Shown: positions 18,815-30,033, counted from the stretch's first letter. The stretch is 64,000 nt of DNA from Bacteroidales bacterium (GCA_038320545.1 JBBQEI010000006.1:28187-92186); one strand, 5' to 3'. Numbers and translations are program-made. Notes: generated by a model from the letters alone, not told the origin.

Positions 18815-21007
18815 TTAATTTCCCAGCTCCGACATAAATTTTATACGCATCAGCCTGATTTCTTCTTCAGAATACTCATCATCGCCCAGATTTTTGAGTG
18901 CATCTTCAACTGATTCCGATTCAGCATCTTCTTTAAAGTATTGGAATATCTCTTCCTGATGCTCTTCGTCAAGTATTTCGTTTATGTAATAATCAATATT
19001 TAATTTTGTTCCGGAATTTACAATAGCTTCAATTTCAGATAGCAGATCAGCCATGTCCAGGTTTTTAGCATCGCAAATATCTTCGAGAGACATTTTACGG
19101 TCTATCGCCTGGATGATATAAACCTTCATTCCCGATTTATTCACAACCGATTTTACTACCATATCCTGTGGACGGATAATTTCTTTTTCATCCACATATG
19201 TTTTTATAAGCTCAATAAATTCCTTGCCGTAACGTTGTGCTTTCCCGGCTCCAACACCCACGATATTCTGCAATTCTTCCATGTTAATAGGATATTGAAT
19301 TGCCATATCCTCCAGGGAATTATCCTGAAAAATAACAAATGGAGGGAGATTTTTTACTTTCGATATTTTTTTCCGCAGATCTTTTAGAACGTTGAATAAT
19401 TCAGTATCTACGGCACTTGTTTTTGGCCCCTGATTCATCATATCATCATCGTCATCTTCATTATATTCATGATCTTCAGCCAGATAGAAGGGTTCCGGGT
19501 TTGCCAGAAATTCACGGCCTTTGGGTGTAACACTTAACAGACCATAATTTTCAATATCTTTTTGTACAAACTGAGCAATCATTGCCTGCCGCACAACTGC
19601 ATTCCAGAAACGTACATCTTTTTCGCTTCCTGAACCAAATATATCCAATTTATGATGCTTATATGTCTTTATGGAGCTATCGAGGTTACCAGCCAAAATA
19701 TTTGCAATATGATCGGATTTAAACTTCTCTTTAACTTCTATGATGGCGTTTAGAACTTTCACCACATATTCTTCACCTTCGAATTGTATTTTAGGGTTTT
19801 TGCAATTATCACAGTTTTCGCAATTATCGTAAGGGTATTCTTCTCCAAAATAGTGCAATAGCAGTTTACGTCTGCATACTGCCGATTCGGCATAGGCTGT
19901 AGTTTCAAAAAGTAATTGTTTTCCAATTTCCTGTTCGGCTACAGGTTTCCCCTGCATAAATTTTTCAAGCTTTTGAATATCCTTATAACTGTAAAAAGTA
20001 ATGCAATTCCCTTCACCACCGTCACGACCGGCACGTCCTGTTTCCTGGTAATATCCTTCCAGACTCTTTGGAATATCGTAGTGTATAACGTATCGCACAT
20101 CGGGCTTGTCAATTCCCATTCCAAAAGCAATAGTGGCAACAATTACATCCACATCTTCCATCAGGAACTTATCCTGGTTATCGCCACGTGTAGTAGCGTC
20201 AAGCCCTGCATGGTATGGGAGCGATTTAATGCCATTTACACGGAGCATTTCAGATAATTCTTCTACCTTTTTGCGACTCAGGCAATATATGATACCCGAT
20301 TTACCCAGGTTATTTCTGATATAGCGTATAATTTCCTTGGCAGCATTTACTTTGGAGCGCACTTCATAATAAAGGTTTCCTCTGTTAAACGACGATTTAT
20401 ATAGAGTAGCGTCTGGTATATTCAGTGTTTTCAGAATATCAAGCTGTACCTTTGGAGTTGCTGTTGCAGTGAGCCCTATAATTGGAGCCTCGCCTATTTC
20501 ATTAATGATGGGTCGTATTCGCCTGTATTCCGGTCGGAAATCATGTCCCCACTCCGAAATACAATGAGCTTCATCAATCGCATAAAAAGATATTTTTACC
20601 TGTTTTAAAAATAAAATATTATCTTCTTTTGTAAGTGATTCAGGAGCAACATAAAGGAGTTTGGTTTTACCACCCGAAACATCCTCTTTTACCTTTGTTA
20701 TTTGTGCTTTCGAAAGTGAAGAGTTGAGAAAATGTGCTACTCCGTCGTCCACACTGAAGCTACGCATGGCATCAACCTGATTTTTCATCAAGGCAATAAG
20801 GGGTGAGATGATAATCGCCGTACCCTCCATAATTAAAGCCGGCATTTGGTAGCATAACGATTTTCCTCCTCCGGTTGGCATCAAAACAAAAGTATTGTTA
20901 CCATCCAAAAGGTTTCTAATAATTTGATCCTGATTACCCTTAAAGGTGGTGAATCCAAAAAATGTTTTGAGGTATTCGGTTAAAGATATATTTGAATAAA
21001 TTCCCAT
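18815..21007 (-). CDS. recQ: ATP-dependent DNA helicase RecQ
   Basis: 730 aa. PTGGGKSLCYQ Walker A, DEAHCISEWGHDFRPEY, Zn-binding Cys cluster, C-terminal HRDC-like region. Confidence 0.96.
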   Translation of the reverse strand: MGIYSNISLTEYLKTFFGFTTFKGNQDQIIRNLLDGNNTFVLMPTGGGKSLCYQMPALIMEGTAIIISPLIALMKNQVDAMRSFSVDDGVAHFLNSSLSKAQITKVKEDVSGGKTKLLYVAPESLTKEDNILFLKQVKISFYAIDEAHCISEWGHDFRPEYRRIRPIINEIGEAPIIGLTATATPKVQLDILKTLNIPDATLYKSSFNRGNLYYEVRSKVNAAKEIIRYIRNNLGKSGIIYCLSRKKVEELSEMLRVNGIKSLPYHAGLDATTRGDNQDKFLMEDVDVIVATIAFGMGIDKPDVRYVIHYDIPKSLEGYYQETGRAGRDGGEGNCITFYSYKDIQKLEKFMQGKPVAEQEIGKQLLFETTAYAESAVCRRKLLLHYFGEEYPYDNCENCDNCKNPKIQFEGEEYVVKVLNAIIEVKEKFKSDHIANILAGNLDSSIKTYKHHKLDIFGSGSEKDVRFWNAVVRQAMIAQFVQKDIENYGLLSVTPKGREFLANPEPFYLAEDHEYNEDDDDDMMNQGPKTSAVDTELFNVLKDLRKKISKVKNLPPFVIFQDNSLEDMAIQYPINMEELQNIVGVGAGKAQRYGKEFIELIKTYVDEKEIIRPQDMVVKSVVNKSGMKVYIIQAIDRKMSLEDICDAKNLDMADLLSEIEAIVNSGTKLNIDYYINEILDEEHQEEIFQYFKEDAESESVEDALKNLGDDEYSEEEIRLMRIKFMSELGN

Positions 21008-21236
21008 TTAACTTACTTAGTAAATCTAACTATCTGATATTTAATTAATTAATATTATTTTTGAAATGATTACAAATATATAATAAACATCAAACAATTA
21101 CAGTGTCTATTATCATACTTATTATTACTTCAAAAAAAAGATACATTTGTATTTAAATTTACAAAAAATTATTTAAATAATTAGGACACCTTTTATTTAT
21201 TACCATTTTTTAATATTATTTAAGAAATAAGTTTTA

Positions 21237-21244
21237 TAAGTTTG
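21237..21244 (+). promoter_or_regulatory. -7 promoter motif TAAGTTTG upstream of tatC
   Basis: TAnnTTTG match 30 nt before ATG 21274. Confidence 0.4.
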
Positions 21245-21273
21245 GGGCGTTTTAGAACCTTAGAAATATTATT

Positions 21274-22089
21274 ATGGCAATGAATAAGATCGGAGAAATG
21301 TCGTTTTTACAGCATCTGGAAGAACTCAGGTGGCATATTATAAAATCAATTATTGCAATTGTTGTATTGGCAATAGCTGCTTTTTGGTTTAAAAGTTTAA
21401 TATTCGATGGTATTTTAATTGCACCTAAAAACCCTGATTTTATTACAAATCGAATATTTGCTTATTTTGCTGAAAGATTTAATTCACCCTCCCTTCGGAT
21501 CAACGATGTACCTTTTGATATTATTAGTATTTCAATGTCCGGGCAGTTTTCAACTCATATCTGGATCTCAATAATCAGTGGTGTAATTTTGTCTTTCCCT
21601 TATATTGTATATCAATTCTGGAGTTTTTTAAGTCCTGCACTATACGAAAAAGAACGCAAAAGTGCTAGGTATGCGGTTTTAGCAATTTCAGCCTTGTTCT
21701 TTACAGGTGTTTTATTCGGATATTATGTCATAGTGCCTTTGTCGATACATTTCTTAGGATCTTACCAAATTAGTGAATCGGTAAAAAATACAATCAACAT
21801 AAGCTCCTATTTTTCCACCATTGCATCAGTAACTCTCGCTGCAGGCATAGTTTTTGAACTTCCTGTTGTCATGTATTTTTTATCCAAAATTGGTATTGTA
21901 ACACCTCAATTTCTTAGAACTTATCGAAAGCATGCAATTATAGTTATACTTGTACTTGCGGCTATTATTACACCACCCGATATTTTCAGTCAAATTCTGG
22001 TATCTATCCCACTGATAATACTCTATGAAATTAGCATTTTTATATCGCGGGCTATTTACCGGAAGAAAGAAAAAGAGATGGCTTCATAA
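21274..22089 (+). CDS. tatC: twin-arginine translocase subunit TatC
   Basis: 271 aa. MSFLQHLEELRWHIIKS N-terminus, six TM helices, conserved ...ITPPD... block. Confidence 0.93.
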   Translation: MAMNKIGEMSFLQHLEELRWHIIKSIIAIVVLAIAAFWFKSLIFDGILIAPKNPDFITNRIFAYFAERFNSPSLRINDVPFDIISISMSGQFSTHIWISIISGVILSFPYIVYQFWSFLSPALYEKERKSARYAVLAISALFFTGVLFGYYVIVPLSIHFLGSYQISESVKNTINISSYFSTIASVTLAAGIVFELPVVMYFLSKIGIVTPQFLRTYRKHAIIVILVLAAIITPPDIFSQILVSIPLIILYEISIFISRAIYRKKEKEMAS

Positions 22090-22108
22090 CCTTCCAAAAG
22101 TTTTGCAC

Positions 22109-22116
22109 TATTTTTG
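22109..22116 (+). promoter_or_regulatory. -7 promoter motif TATTTTTG
   Basis: TAnnTTTG match 53 nt before ATG 22169. Confidence 0.35.
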
Positions 22117-22168
22117 TAATGGAGATTGGTTCAATGAAAATTGATTTCCATTGTGATGCCCGAAATTT

Positions 22169-24625
22169 ATGAAAAGATATAGTCTTGGTATAACTTTATT
22201 GATTATTTTACTAAGTAATACTCTTATTGCCCAAACTACAAAAATAAGAGGAAAGATTATTGAAAAGAATTCAAATGAAGCGGTTCCGTTTGTTAATATT
22301 GTGCTTAAAGGTACCACTGCAGGAACAGTTACAGATTTTAATGGTGAATATTTTATTGAAACTAAAGCTATTGCCGATTCAGTTGTATTTTCATGTTTGG
22401 GATATCATCCGGTTACGTTGCCTATTCTTAAGCATAGTTTTCAAACCATCGACATTGAACTTGAACAGGTCGATTTCCAATTAAATGAAGTAATTGTACT
22501 TCCCGGAGAAAATCCCGCCCACGTATTGCTAAAGAAAGTAATAGCTAAAAAGGAAGTAAATAACCCTGAGAACGTTAACTCATATAACTACGAGTGTTAT
22601 AATAAGCTTCAGTTTGACATTAATAACTTTGATGAAAGATATCGAAAAAACAAGTTAATGAACAAACTTCAGTTTGTTTTCGATTATGTTGATACTTCGG
22701 CCATAACTGGCAAAATATATCTGCCATTTTTACTGATTGAATCTGTTTCCGATAATTTTTATCAGAGTAAACCTAAGCTTGAAAGGGAAATAATTAAGGC
22801 TTCCAAAGTTTCGGGAACTGAAAACCAAAGTGTGGCTCAATTTACAGGGAAAATGTACCAAACATATAACATCTATGATAATACACTGGATGTTTTCGGA
22901 CAAGGTTTTGTGAGCCCAATTTCAGATTATGGAATTGCTTTTTATAAATATTATCTGATCGATAGCGCATTTATTGATAAAAACTGGTGTTACCAAATTT
23001 CTTTTAAACCCCGCCGAAAACAAACATCCGCTTTTAATGGCTTTGTTTGGATAGCCGATACAAGCTTTGCCATCAAAAAAATTCAGATGCGAATCCCTGA
23101 CGATGCAAATCTGAATTTCGTAAACGACTTGGTAGCTACCGCCGAATATACTCAGATTAACGATTCTGTTTGGTTGCCTGAAATTGATTATTTATTTATT
23201 GATTTTAATTTATCTGACAAAACGACCGGGTTTTTTGGAAGAAAAACCACCACCTATAAAAACTATAATTTAAACCAACCTATTCCTAAAGAAGTTAAAA
23301 GTTTAACAAACAACATCAGTGTCGAAGATAATGCAATGAAAAAAGACGCTGTTTATTGGAATACAGCCCGACATATTCCTCTTTCACAAAAGGAAGAAAA
23401 TATATATGCCATGGTTGATTCTGTTCAGGGTTTACCTATTTATAAAACATTTATTGAACTTTTAAATTTATTTATCAATTACTATTATGTGGTTGGTAAG
23501 GTTGAAATAGGGCCTTATTATACTCTTTACAGCTTCAATCCCATTGAGGGCAATCGTTTCAGGATAGGAGGACGAACCAGCAACAACTTCAGTACAAAAG
23601 TATTGTTATCCGGGCATTTGGCTTATGGAACCAGAGATGGAAAATTCAAATATGGTGCCGGAGCTCTTTATATGATTAATAAAGAACCCCGTATGGCATT
23701 AGGTGGAAATTTCGAAAACGATATTCAGCAGTTGGGCAAAAGCGACAACATATTTTTAAGTGACAATATTCTATCGTCTTTATTAAGCAGGCATCCTAAT
23801 GACAAGCTTACTATGGTTTATAAACGTAAGCTTTACTTGGAAAAAGAATGGATTCCTGGTGTTTCAAATACTATTGCTTTCAATTATAGAAAAATAATAC
23901 CAGGTGAAAATGTACCGTTTAATATTGAAAGAAGTATTGACACCGTAGCGCTTGGTTCGGTAAAAACCACCGAAATTTCTTTAAATACAAGATTTGTTTA
24001 TCATGAGAAATTTGTAGAAGGTGAATTTGAACGGGTAAGCCTTGGATCGGAATACCCAAGTGTAAATTTTAATATTATTGCAGGAGTACCTCATGTTTTT
24101 ATAAGCGGGTATAAATATTTGAAACTCAACTTAAATGTTGATCATTATGTTAATACATATCCTTTTGGCTATTTTAAATACAATTTTGATGCAGGAAAAA
24201 TATTTGGGAATGTTCCCTATCCATTGTTAGAACTACATAAAGGAAATGAAACCTATTCGTTCGATTATTCCTCTTTCAACATGATGAATTATTATGAATT
24301 TGCAAGTGACCAATACGCCAGTTTGTTTTTAGAACATCATTTTCAGGGAGCTTTTTTGAACAACATACCTTTACTTAGGAAATTAAAATGGCGTGAAGTT
24401 GTATCGGCACATGGCTTGGTAGGAAGTATTAACGACGCCAATAGAAAAACAATGATTTTCCCTATTGGGCTTCAGGACGTTCGTGAGCCTTATTTTGAAG
24501 CAAGCGTCGGAGTTGAAAACATATTTAAATTTCTGCGTGTCGATGCCATGTGGCGTTTGAACCATTTAGGCGGTCAGGATGTTTCACCTTTCGGAATAAG
24601 GGCTATGTTACAGATTCTTTTTTAA
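22169..24625 (+). CDS. carboxypeptidase-regulatory-like domain + DUF5686 protein (probable outer-membrane protein)
   Basis: 818 aa with a signal peptide. N-terminal IRGKIIEKNSNEAVPFVNIVLKGTTAGTVTDFNGEYFI CarbopepD_reg-like fold. Long beta-rich C-terminal region ending in an aromatic residue (..MLQILF). Confidence 0.7.
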   Translation: MKRYSLGITLLIILLSNTLIAQTTKIRGKIIEKNSNEAVPFVNIVLKGTTAGTVTDFNGEYFIETKAIADSVVFSCLGYHPVTLPILKHSFQTIDIELEQVDFQLNEVIVLPGENPAHVLLKKVIAKKEVNNPENVNSYNYECYNKLQFDINNFDERYRKNKLMNKLQFVFDYVDTSAITGKIYLPFLLIESVSDNFYQSKPKLEREIIKASKVSGTENQSVAQFTGKMYQTYNIYDNTLDVFGQGFVSPISDYGIAFYKYYLIDSAFIDKNWCYQISFKPRRKQTSAFNGFVWIADTSFAIKKIQMRIPDDANLNFVNDLVATAEYTQINDSVWLPEIDYLFIDFNLSDKTTGFFGRKTTTYKNYNLNQPIPKEVKSLTNNISVEDNAMKKDAVYWNTARHIPLSQKEENIYAMVDSVQGLPIYKTFIELLNLFINYYYVVGKVEIGPYYTLYSFNPIEGNRFRIGGRTSNNFSTKVLLSGHLAYGTRDGKFKYGAGALYMINKEPRMALGGNFENDIQQLGKSDNIFLSDNILSSLLSRHPNDKLTMVYKRKLYLEKEWIPGVSNTIAFNYRKIIPGENVPFNIERSIDTVALGSVKTTEISLNTRFVYHEKFVEGEFERVSLGSEYPSVNFNIIAGVPHVFISGYKYLKLNLNVDHYVNTYPFGYFKYNFDAGKIFGNVPYPLLELHKGNETYSFDYSSFNMMNYYEFASDQYASLFLEHHFQGAFLNNIPLLRKLKWREVVSAHGLVGSINDANRKTMIFPIGLQDVREPYFEASVGVENIFKFLRVDAMWRLNHLGGQDVSPFGIRAMLQILF

Positions 24626-24678
24626 ATATCTGTTATTTCTATAATTCGGGGAAATAAAAAATAACAAGCTAAAACTTT

Positions 24679-24686
24679 TATATTTG
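24679..24686 (+). promoter_or_regulatory. -7 promoter motif TATATTTG upstream of lptB
   Basis: TAnnTTTG match 20 nt before ATG 24706. Confidence 0.4.
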
Positions 24687-24705
24687 GTTTTTTAATTATC
24701 GAAAA

Positions 24706-25431
24706 ATGATTCTTAGAACAGGAAACCTTGTGAAACGGTATAAAAGCCGTGTAGTAGTAAAAGGTGTAAGTATTGAAGTAAAACAGGGTGAAATTGTTGG
24801 TTTGCTTGGTCCTAACGGTGCCGGAAAAACAACTACATTTTATATGATCGTAGGGCTTATAGCTCCTAATGAAGGTAAAATATATCTTGATGATGAGGAT
24901 ATTACCCAACAACCAATGTACCGAAGGGCACAAAAAGGCTTAGGTTATCTTGCCCAGGAAGCATCTGTTTTCCGAAAATTAAGTGTTGAAGATAATATTA
25001 AGGCAGTACTCGAAATGACAAACCTGCCAAAAGCTGAGCAGAAAGATAAAGTAGAGTCGTTGTTACATGAGTTTGGTCTTGTTAAAATTCGCAAAAGTCT
25101 TGGCATTCAGCTTTCAGGAGGTGAACGCCGGCGAACCGAAATTGCCCGTGCTCTTGCCATCGATCCTAAATTTATTTTGCTCGACGAACCATTTGCAGGA
25201 GTTGATCCAATAGCTGTTGAAGATATCCAGGCAATTGTTGCCAAACTCAAGGAAAGAAATATCGGTATTTTGGTAACCGATCATAATGTTCATGAAACAT
25301 TGTCGATTACCGACCGGGCATATTTATTGTTCGAAGGTTCAATTTTAAAAGCAGGAACAGCTCAGGAACTGGCTGACGATGAGCAGGTAAGAAGAGTATA
25401 TTTAGGAAAGAATTTTGAATTAAGATATTGA
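24706..25431 (+). CDS. lptB: LPS export ABC transporter ATP-binding protein LptB
   Basis: 241 aa. Walker [10 protein letters not shown], signature LSGGERRR, Walker [11 protein letters not shown], typical [10 protein letters not shown] tail. Confidence 0.92.
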   Translation: MILRTGNLVKRYKSRVVVKGVSIEVKQGEIVGLLGPNGAGKTTTFYMIVGLIAPNEGKIYLDDEDITQQPMYRRAQKGLGYLAQEASVFRKLSVEDNIKAVLEMTNLPKAEQKDKVESLLHEFGLVKIRKSLGIQLSGGERRRTEIARALAIDPKFILLDEPFAGVDPIAVEDIQAIVAKLKERNIGILVTDHNVHETLSITDRAYLLFEGSILKAGTAQELADDEQVRRVYLGKNFELRY

Positions 25432-25439
25432 GGAAAGCT

Positions 25440-25525
25440 ATTAGGTAAATAGGTTTTAGGTAATAGTAAACTTATGCCTAATTTGCTAATACCTAACTCC
25501 TATCAAGCTAACATCTAACAACCTA
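25440..25525. repeat. imperfect palindromic word array (TAGGT / ACCTA, period 7-8 nt) filling a convergent spacer
   Basis: Left half: ATTAGGTAAATAGGTTTTAGGTAATAG. Right half: CCTAATTTGCTAATACCTAACTCCTATCAAGCTAACATCTAACAACCTA. CTA recurs every 7-8 nt. Confidence 0.6.
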
Positions 25526-26392
25526 TTTCTTAAAATTTAACTGGTAAGCCACCACATTGTCCTTAAAAAATGTTGGAACTAGCAATATATTTTTATCTTT
25601 AACAAATTCTATATCAGCAGCATTTATTTTTAGAGGAGTTGTGTCAAGCAGAAGTTGTGGTTTTTGTCCTTCTTTTATTTCATAAATATGTCCGGTCCAA
25701 TCCGAAATAAGATATGTTCCTTTTCCAGTAGGTACAATTCCATCAATCCCCCCGGTATTATCCACAAAGGTTTTTATAGCTTTTGTATTCACATCAATAC
25801 TAACTACCTTATTGGATAGTCCTGCCAGCAATGTAAAACCTTGTGCATACAAACCATTGATATTTTCCAGTTCAGGTTTTTTCAGGAAAAGTTCAACTTT
25901 ACCTTTTTTAAGGGTATAAATGGCATTATCACCCATATCTGAAAAATAAACTGTTCCGCTTTTATCTACGGTGATATCGTTTAATTTTTTTGCATCTTTA
26001 ACGGGATACCGGTTGGTTATTTCCGCTTTCTTAATATCAATTTCAATTATTTCAGTTATATCAGTAACGTATAACTTGCCCTTGTGAATTCCCATTCCTT
26101 TTGGGGCATTCAGGCCTTTAATCCAATTGGCATCTAAAATATCGCCTTTCAGGTTTAATTTCGAAATAAAACCATTGCCATCTTTTTCCCAGGGATTCAT
26201 GTTTACATTCGATACAAATACCAAATCATTATCACTATCGTACGCCACCGATTCGGGTGTTTTTAAATCAGTTTTAGTTTCCCAGATTGTTATCAGTCTG
26301 GCATCCTGTACTTTTTCCTGAGCGAAAGCAGGAGTTAGAAAATTGCAGAAAGTAACAGTCAATGCAAATAAGAGTAGGTATTTCTTTTTCAT
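25523..26392 (-). CDS. secreted beta-propeller protein (SMP-30/gluconolactonase/LRE-like), hypothetical
   Basis: 289 aa with a signal peptide (..TPAFAQE). Repeated blade-like segments (PESVAYD, PKGMGIH, LNDITVD, INGLYAQ, IDGIVP). Confidence 0.55.
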   Translation of the reverse strand: MKKKYLLLFALTVTFCNFLTPAFAQEKVQDARLITIWETKTDLKTPESVAYDSDNDLVFVSNVNMNPWEKDGNGFISKLNLKGDILDANWIKGLNAPKGMGIHKGKLYVTDITEIIEIDIKKAEITNRYPVKDAKKLNDITVDKSGTVYFSDMGDNAIYTLKKGKVELFLKKPELENINGLYAQGFTLLAGLSNKVVSIDVNTKAIKTFVDNTGGIDGIVPTGKGTYLISDWTGHIYEIKEGQKPQLLLDTTPLKINAADIEFVKDKNILLVPTFFKDNVVAYQLNFKK

Positions 26393-26499
26393 ATAGGTTG
26401 ATTTTAGGTTTAGAACTTATTATTAAACAAAATTAAAGAGAAAAATGCACTAAAAGTGATTTAGAATTCGAGTATATTTTTTTTAAATCAAAAAATAAA

Positions 26500-26507
26500 T
26501 ACCTTTG
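26500..26507 (+). promoter_or_regulatory. -7 promoter motif TACCTTTG for tRNA-Leu
   Basis: TAnnTTTG match ending 12 nt before tRNA position 1. Confidence 0.5.
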
Positions 26508-26519
26508 CACCCGGATTTT

Positions 26520-26601
26520 GCGGATGTGTCGTAATTGGTAGCCGAGCCAGACTTAGGATCTGGTGCCGTAAGGCGTGGGGGTTCGAGTCCCTTCATCCGC
26601 A
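26520..26601 (+). tRNA. tRNA-Leu (anticodon UAG)
   Basis: Acceptor stem GCGGATG / CATCCGC. Anticodon stem CCAGA / TCTGG with loop CTTAGGA (TAG at 26554-26556). Long variable arm and a TTCGAGT T-loop. No encoded CCA. Confidence 0.93.
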
Positions 26602-26610
26602 CACTACAAC

Positions 26611-26655
26611 AGCCTTTACTAACTTTCAATTATGGTGTTAGTTGAGGCTTTTTTT
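26611..26655 (+). terminator. intrinsic terminator after tRNA-Leu
   Basis: AGCCTTTACTAAC (26611-26623) pairs with GTTAGTTGAGGCT (26637-26649), with one mismatch and one GU, followed by a six-T run. Confidence 0.6.
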
Positions 26656-26694
26656 CAAAATTATTCACTAAATTTATTTTTTAATTTTTCAGGA

Positions 26695-28062
26695 ATGAAT
26701 ATTGTTAAAGAGCAAATAGACGATTTAAATGCAGTTTTGAAAGTTCATATTTCGAAGGATGACTATGAGCCTAATGTGAAAAAAACTATGACTGATTATA
26801 GAAAGAAAGCCCGCTTCGATGGTTTCAGACCAGGAAATGCGCCTATGGGTTTGATTCAGAAAATGTATGGCAAACAGGCAATGCTTGAAGAAGTTAACAA
26901 ATTACTCTCCGAATCAGTTACAAAATATTTAGGCGACGAAAAAATACATATCCTTGGCGATCCTCTCCCAAGTGAAAAAGAACAACCAAAAATTGACTGG
27001 GAAAATCAAAGTGAATTCGATTTTGTTTTTGATCTGGGTCTTTCTCCCGAATTTGCACTTTCGTTAACAAAAAAGGATAAGCTGGCTCTTTACGATATTA
27101 CCCCTGCTGAAAAAATCACTGAAAACTATGTTGACAGTTACCTTCGGAGGTATGGTTCATTTAAAAATATTGAAGTTGTTGAAGATGAAAAAGACTCAGT
27201 AACCGGTAATTTTGTTGAACTTGATGAAAATGGTTCAGTAAAAGAATCGGGAATTGTTACTGAAAATTCAGTTATCTATCTCGAATTCATGAAAGATGAA
27301 GAGATAAAAAAGGAATTCATGGGCATTAAAGCCAATGATATAGTTACTTTTGATCTTCGTAAGGCATATCCGAACGATGTTGAACTTGCCTCTATTCTTC
27401 ACAAAAAGAAAGAAGAAGTTGTATCGATTAACTCAATTTTTCAGTTAACAGCAGGAGCTATTTCACGTTTCGAAAAGGCGAATTTAGATCAGGAATTATT
27501 CGATAAAGTTTTTGGCGAAGGTCAGATTAAATCGGAAGAAGAATTTAAAGAAAAAATACAGGAGGAAATTAAACATAATCTCCAACGCGAAAGCGAATAT
27601 AAATTCAGGGTAGACATTAAAAACGAATTGTTATCAAAAAGTACCTTTAAATTACCTGAAGAATTTTTAAAAAGGTGGATTTTCTCCATAAATGAAGGAA
27701 AATATACATTGCAACAAATTGAAGACGATTTTCCTAAGTTTATGAACGATTTACGCTGGCAATTAATTCAGAACAAAGTAATTAAAGAACACGAGCTCCA
27801 AGTAAGCGATGAAGAAATCGTTGAATTTTCTAAATATTTGACCCGCATGCAATTTGAGCAATACGGTCTTCATAATGTTCCCGACGAAAATGTAGATAAC
27901 TATGCAAAGGAAACATTAAAACGTCCTGAAGAAAGAAAGCGGATGCTAGAAAAAATATATGAAGATAAAGTTATAGATTTCGTTAAAACTTTAATTACTG
28001 TTGAAAATAAGGTAATTTCAAGTGAAGAATTTGATAAATTAATGGAAGCCAATAACGATTAG
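26695..28062 (+). CDS. tig: trigger factor
   Basis: Start moved from 26632 (inside the tRNA terminator) to ATG 26695 (MNIVKEQIDDLNAVLKV...). Conserved RKKARFDGFRPGNAPMGLIQKMYG block. Confidence 0.92.
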   Translation: MNIVKEQIDDLNAVLKVHISKDDYEPNVKKTMTDYRKKARFDGFRPGNAPMGLIQKMYGKQAMLEEVNKLLSESVTKYLGDEKIHILGDPLPSEKEQPKIDWENQSEFDFVFDLGLSPEFALSLTKKDKLALYDITPAEKITENYVDSYLRRYGSFKNIEVVEDEKDSVTGNFVELDENGSVKESGIVTENSVIYLEFMKDEEIKKEFMGIKANDIVTFDLRKAYPNDVELASILHKKKEEVVSINSIFQLTAGAISRFEKANLDQELFDKVFGEGQIKSEEEFKEKIQEEIKHNLQRESEYKFRVDIKNELLSKSTFKLPEEFLKRWIFSINEGKYTLQQIEDDFPKFMNDLRWQLIQNKVIKEHELQVSDEEIVEFSKYLTRMQFEQYGLHNVPDENVDNYAKETLKRPEERKRMLEKIYEDKVIDFVKTLITVENKVISSEEFDKLMEANND

Positions 28063-28122
28063 TAATTGTTATAACAATAAGGTTTATTTAAGTCAAAAAT
28101 TCTTAAACTTAATTTACAGAAA

Positions 28123-28809
28123 ATGAATTATCAGGAAGAGTTTAATAAATTTGCTACTAAACAGCACGGAATAAGTAGCTTAACATTACATAAGTATTCA
28201 TCAGCATTCTCAAATTATATATCTCCTACCATCATTGAGGAACGTCAGATGAATGTTGCATCTATGGATGTTTTCTCAAGATTAATGATGGATAGGATAA
28301 TTTTTCTGGGATTGCCAATTGACGATTACGTAGCTAATATAGTGCAAGCCCAGTTGCTTTTTCTCGATTCTGTTGATCCTCACAAAGATATTCAGATTTA
28401 TTTCAATACTCCTGGTGGAGCTGTTCATGCCGGTTTGGCCATTTACGACACCATGCAATGGATAAATTCTGATGTTGCAACAATTTGTACAGGTATGGCT
28501 GCCTCTATGGGTGCTGTTCTGCTTACTGCAGGAACAAAAGGAAAAAGATCTGCCTTATTTCATTCACGTATCATGATTCACCAGCCAATGGGTGGCGCTC
28601 AGGGTCAGGCTACCGACATGGAAATTACCTTAAAAGAAATTCTAAAGCTGAAAAAAGAATTATATACAATTATTTCCAATCACAGTGGTCAACCGGCTGA
28701 AAAAGTTGAAAAAGATGCCGATCGTGATTACTGGATGAGAGCCGATGAAGCTAAAGAATATGGAATGATCGACGAAGTTTTAAATCGTACGAAAACAAAA
28801 AAGAAATAG
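28123..28809 (+). CDS. clpP: ATP-dependent Clp protease proteolytic subunit
   Basis: 228 aa. GMAASMGA (active-site Ser), IMIHQP (His), DRDYWM region. Confidence 0.96.
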   Translation: MNYQEEFNKFATKQHGISSLTLHKYSSAFSNYISPTIIEERQMNVASMDVFSRLMMDRIIFLGLPIDDYVANIVQAQLLFLDSVDPHKDIQIYFNTPGGAVHAGLAIYDTMQWINSDVATICTGMAASMGAVLLTAGTKGKRSALFHSRIMIHQPMGGAQGQATDMEITLKEILKLKKELYTIISNHSGQPAEKVEKDADRDYWMRADEAKEYGMIDEVLNRTKTKKK

Positions 28810-28815
28810 ATTACA

Positions 28816-30033
28816 ATGGATAAATGTTCCTTTTGCGGGAGAGAAAAAAAGTATACAAACCTACTTATTGCAGGCATTTCAGGTCATATTTGCGATGCAT
28901 GCGTTGAGCAGGCTCATACTATTGTTGAAGAGGAATTAAACCAGAGGACAGGCTTTGATATCAGTCGCATTAAATTAAGCAAACCGGCCGAAATCAAAAA
29001 ATTTCTTGACTTGTACGTTATTGGTCAGGATACTGCAAAAAAATATCTTTCTGTTGCCGTATATAATCATTACAAAAGATTAATACAAGGTAAACCCACT
29101 GACGACGATGTTGAAATTGAAAAATCCAATATTGTATTTGTTGGCGAAACCGGAACAGGTAAAACATTGCTTGCCAAAACCATTGCCAGACAGTTACACG
29201 TTCCGTTTACTATTGTAGATGCTACTGTTTTGACTGAAGCCGGTTATGTTGGCGAAGATGTTGAAAGCATATTGTCTCGATTACTTCAGGTAGCCGACTA
29301 TAATGTTGAAGCCGCTGAAAAGGGAATTGTATTTATTGATGAAATAGATAAAATTGCCCGCAAAGGCGATAATCCTTCTATTACCCGTGATGTATCGGGC
29401 GAAGGTGTTCAACAGGGATTGTTAAAGTTACTGGAAGGTTCAGTGGTGAACGTTCCGCCTCAGGGAGGGCGCAAACACCCGGAACAAAAAATGATTCAGG
29501 TCGACACTAAAAATATTTTATTTATTTGTGGTGGCGCTTTCGAAGGTATCGAACGTAAAATAGCACAACGTCTCAATACTACTGTAGTTGGATATAATGC
29601 TTCAAGGAAATCGGATATTATCGATCGCACTAATTTATTGCAATACATTGCTCCTCAGGACTTACGATCTTTTGGACTTATACCCGAAATTATCGGACGT
29701 TTACCTGTGCTTACCTTCCTCAATCCTTTGGACAGAGACGCTTTGCGTCGTATTCTTACCGATCCGAAAAATGCAATTATCAAGCAGTATAAGAAACTAT
29801 TCAAGATGGATAATATCGAACTTGAGTTTGATAATGAAGTGCTGGATTACATTGTGGATAAAGCTTTGGAATACAAACTCGGAGCCCGCGGTTTACGGTC
29901 AATTTGCGAAGTTATTATGATGGACGTAATGTTTGAAATGACAACTGGTGCAGATAATAAAGTCAGCATTACTTTCGACTATGCCCAGCAGAAACTTGAA
30001 AGTGAAGAAGCTCAGAGATTAAGGGTTGCTTAA
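28816..30033 (+). CDS. clpX: ATP-dependent Clp protease ATP-binding subunit ClpX
   Basis: 405 aa. Zn-finger CSFCGR...CDAC, Walker A GETGTGKT, Walker B FIDEIDK. Confidence 0.97.
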   Translation: MDKCSFCGREKKYTNLLIAGISGHICDACVEQAHTIVEEELNQRTGFDISRIKLSKPAEIKKFLDLYVIGQDTAKKYLSVAVYNHYKRLIQGKPTDDDVEIEKSNIVFVGETGTGKTLLAKTIARQLHVPFTIVDATVLTEAGYVGEDVESILSRLLQVADYNVEAAEKGIVFIDEIDKIARKGDNPSITRDVSGEGVQQGLLKLLEGSVVNVPPQGGRKHPEQKMIQVDTKNILFICGGAFEGIERKIAQRLNTTVVGYNASRKSDIIDRTNLLQYIAPQDLRSFGLIPEIIGRLPVLTFLNPLDRDALRRILTDPKNAIIKQYKKLFKMDNIELEFDNEVLDYIVDKALEYKLGARGLRSICEVIMMDVMFEMTTGADNKVSITFDYAQQKLESEEAQRLRVA

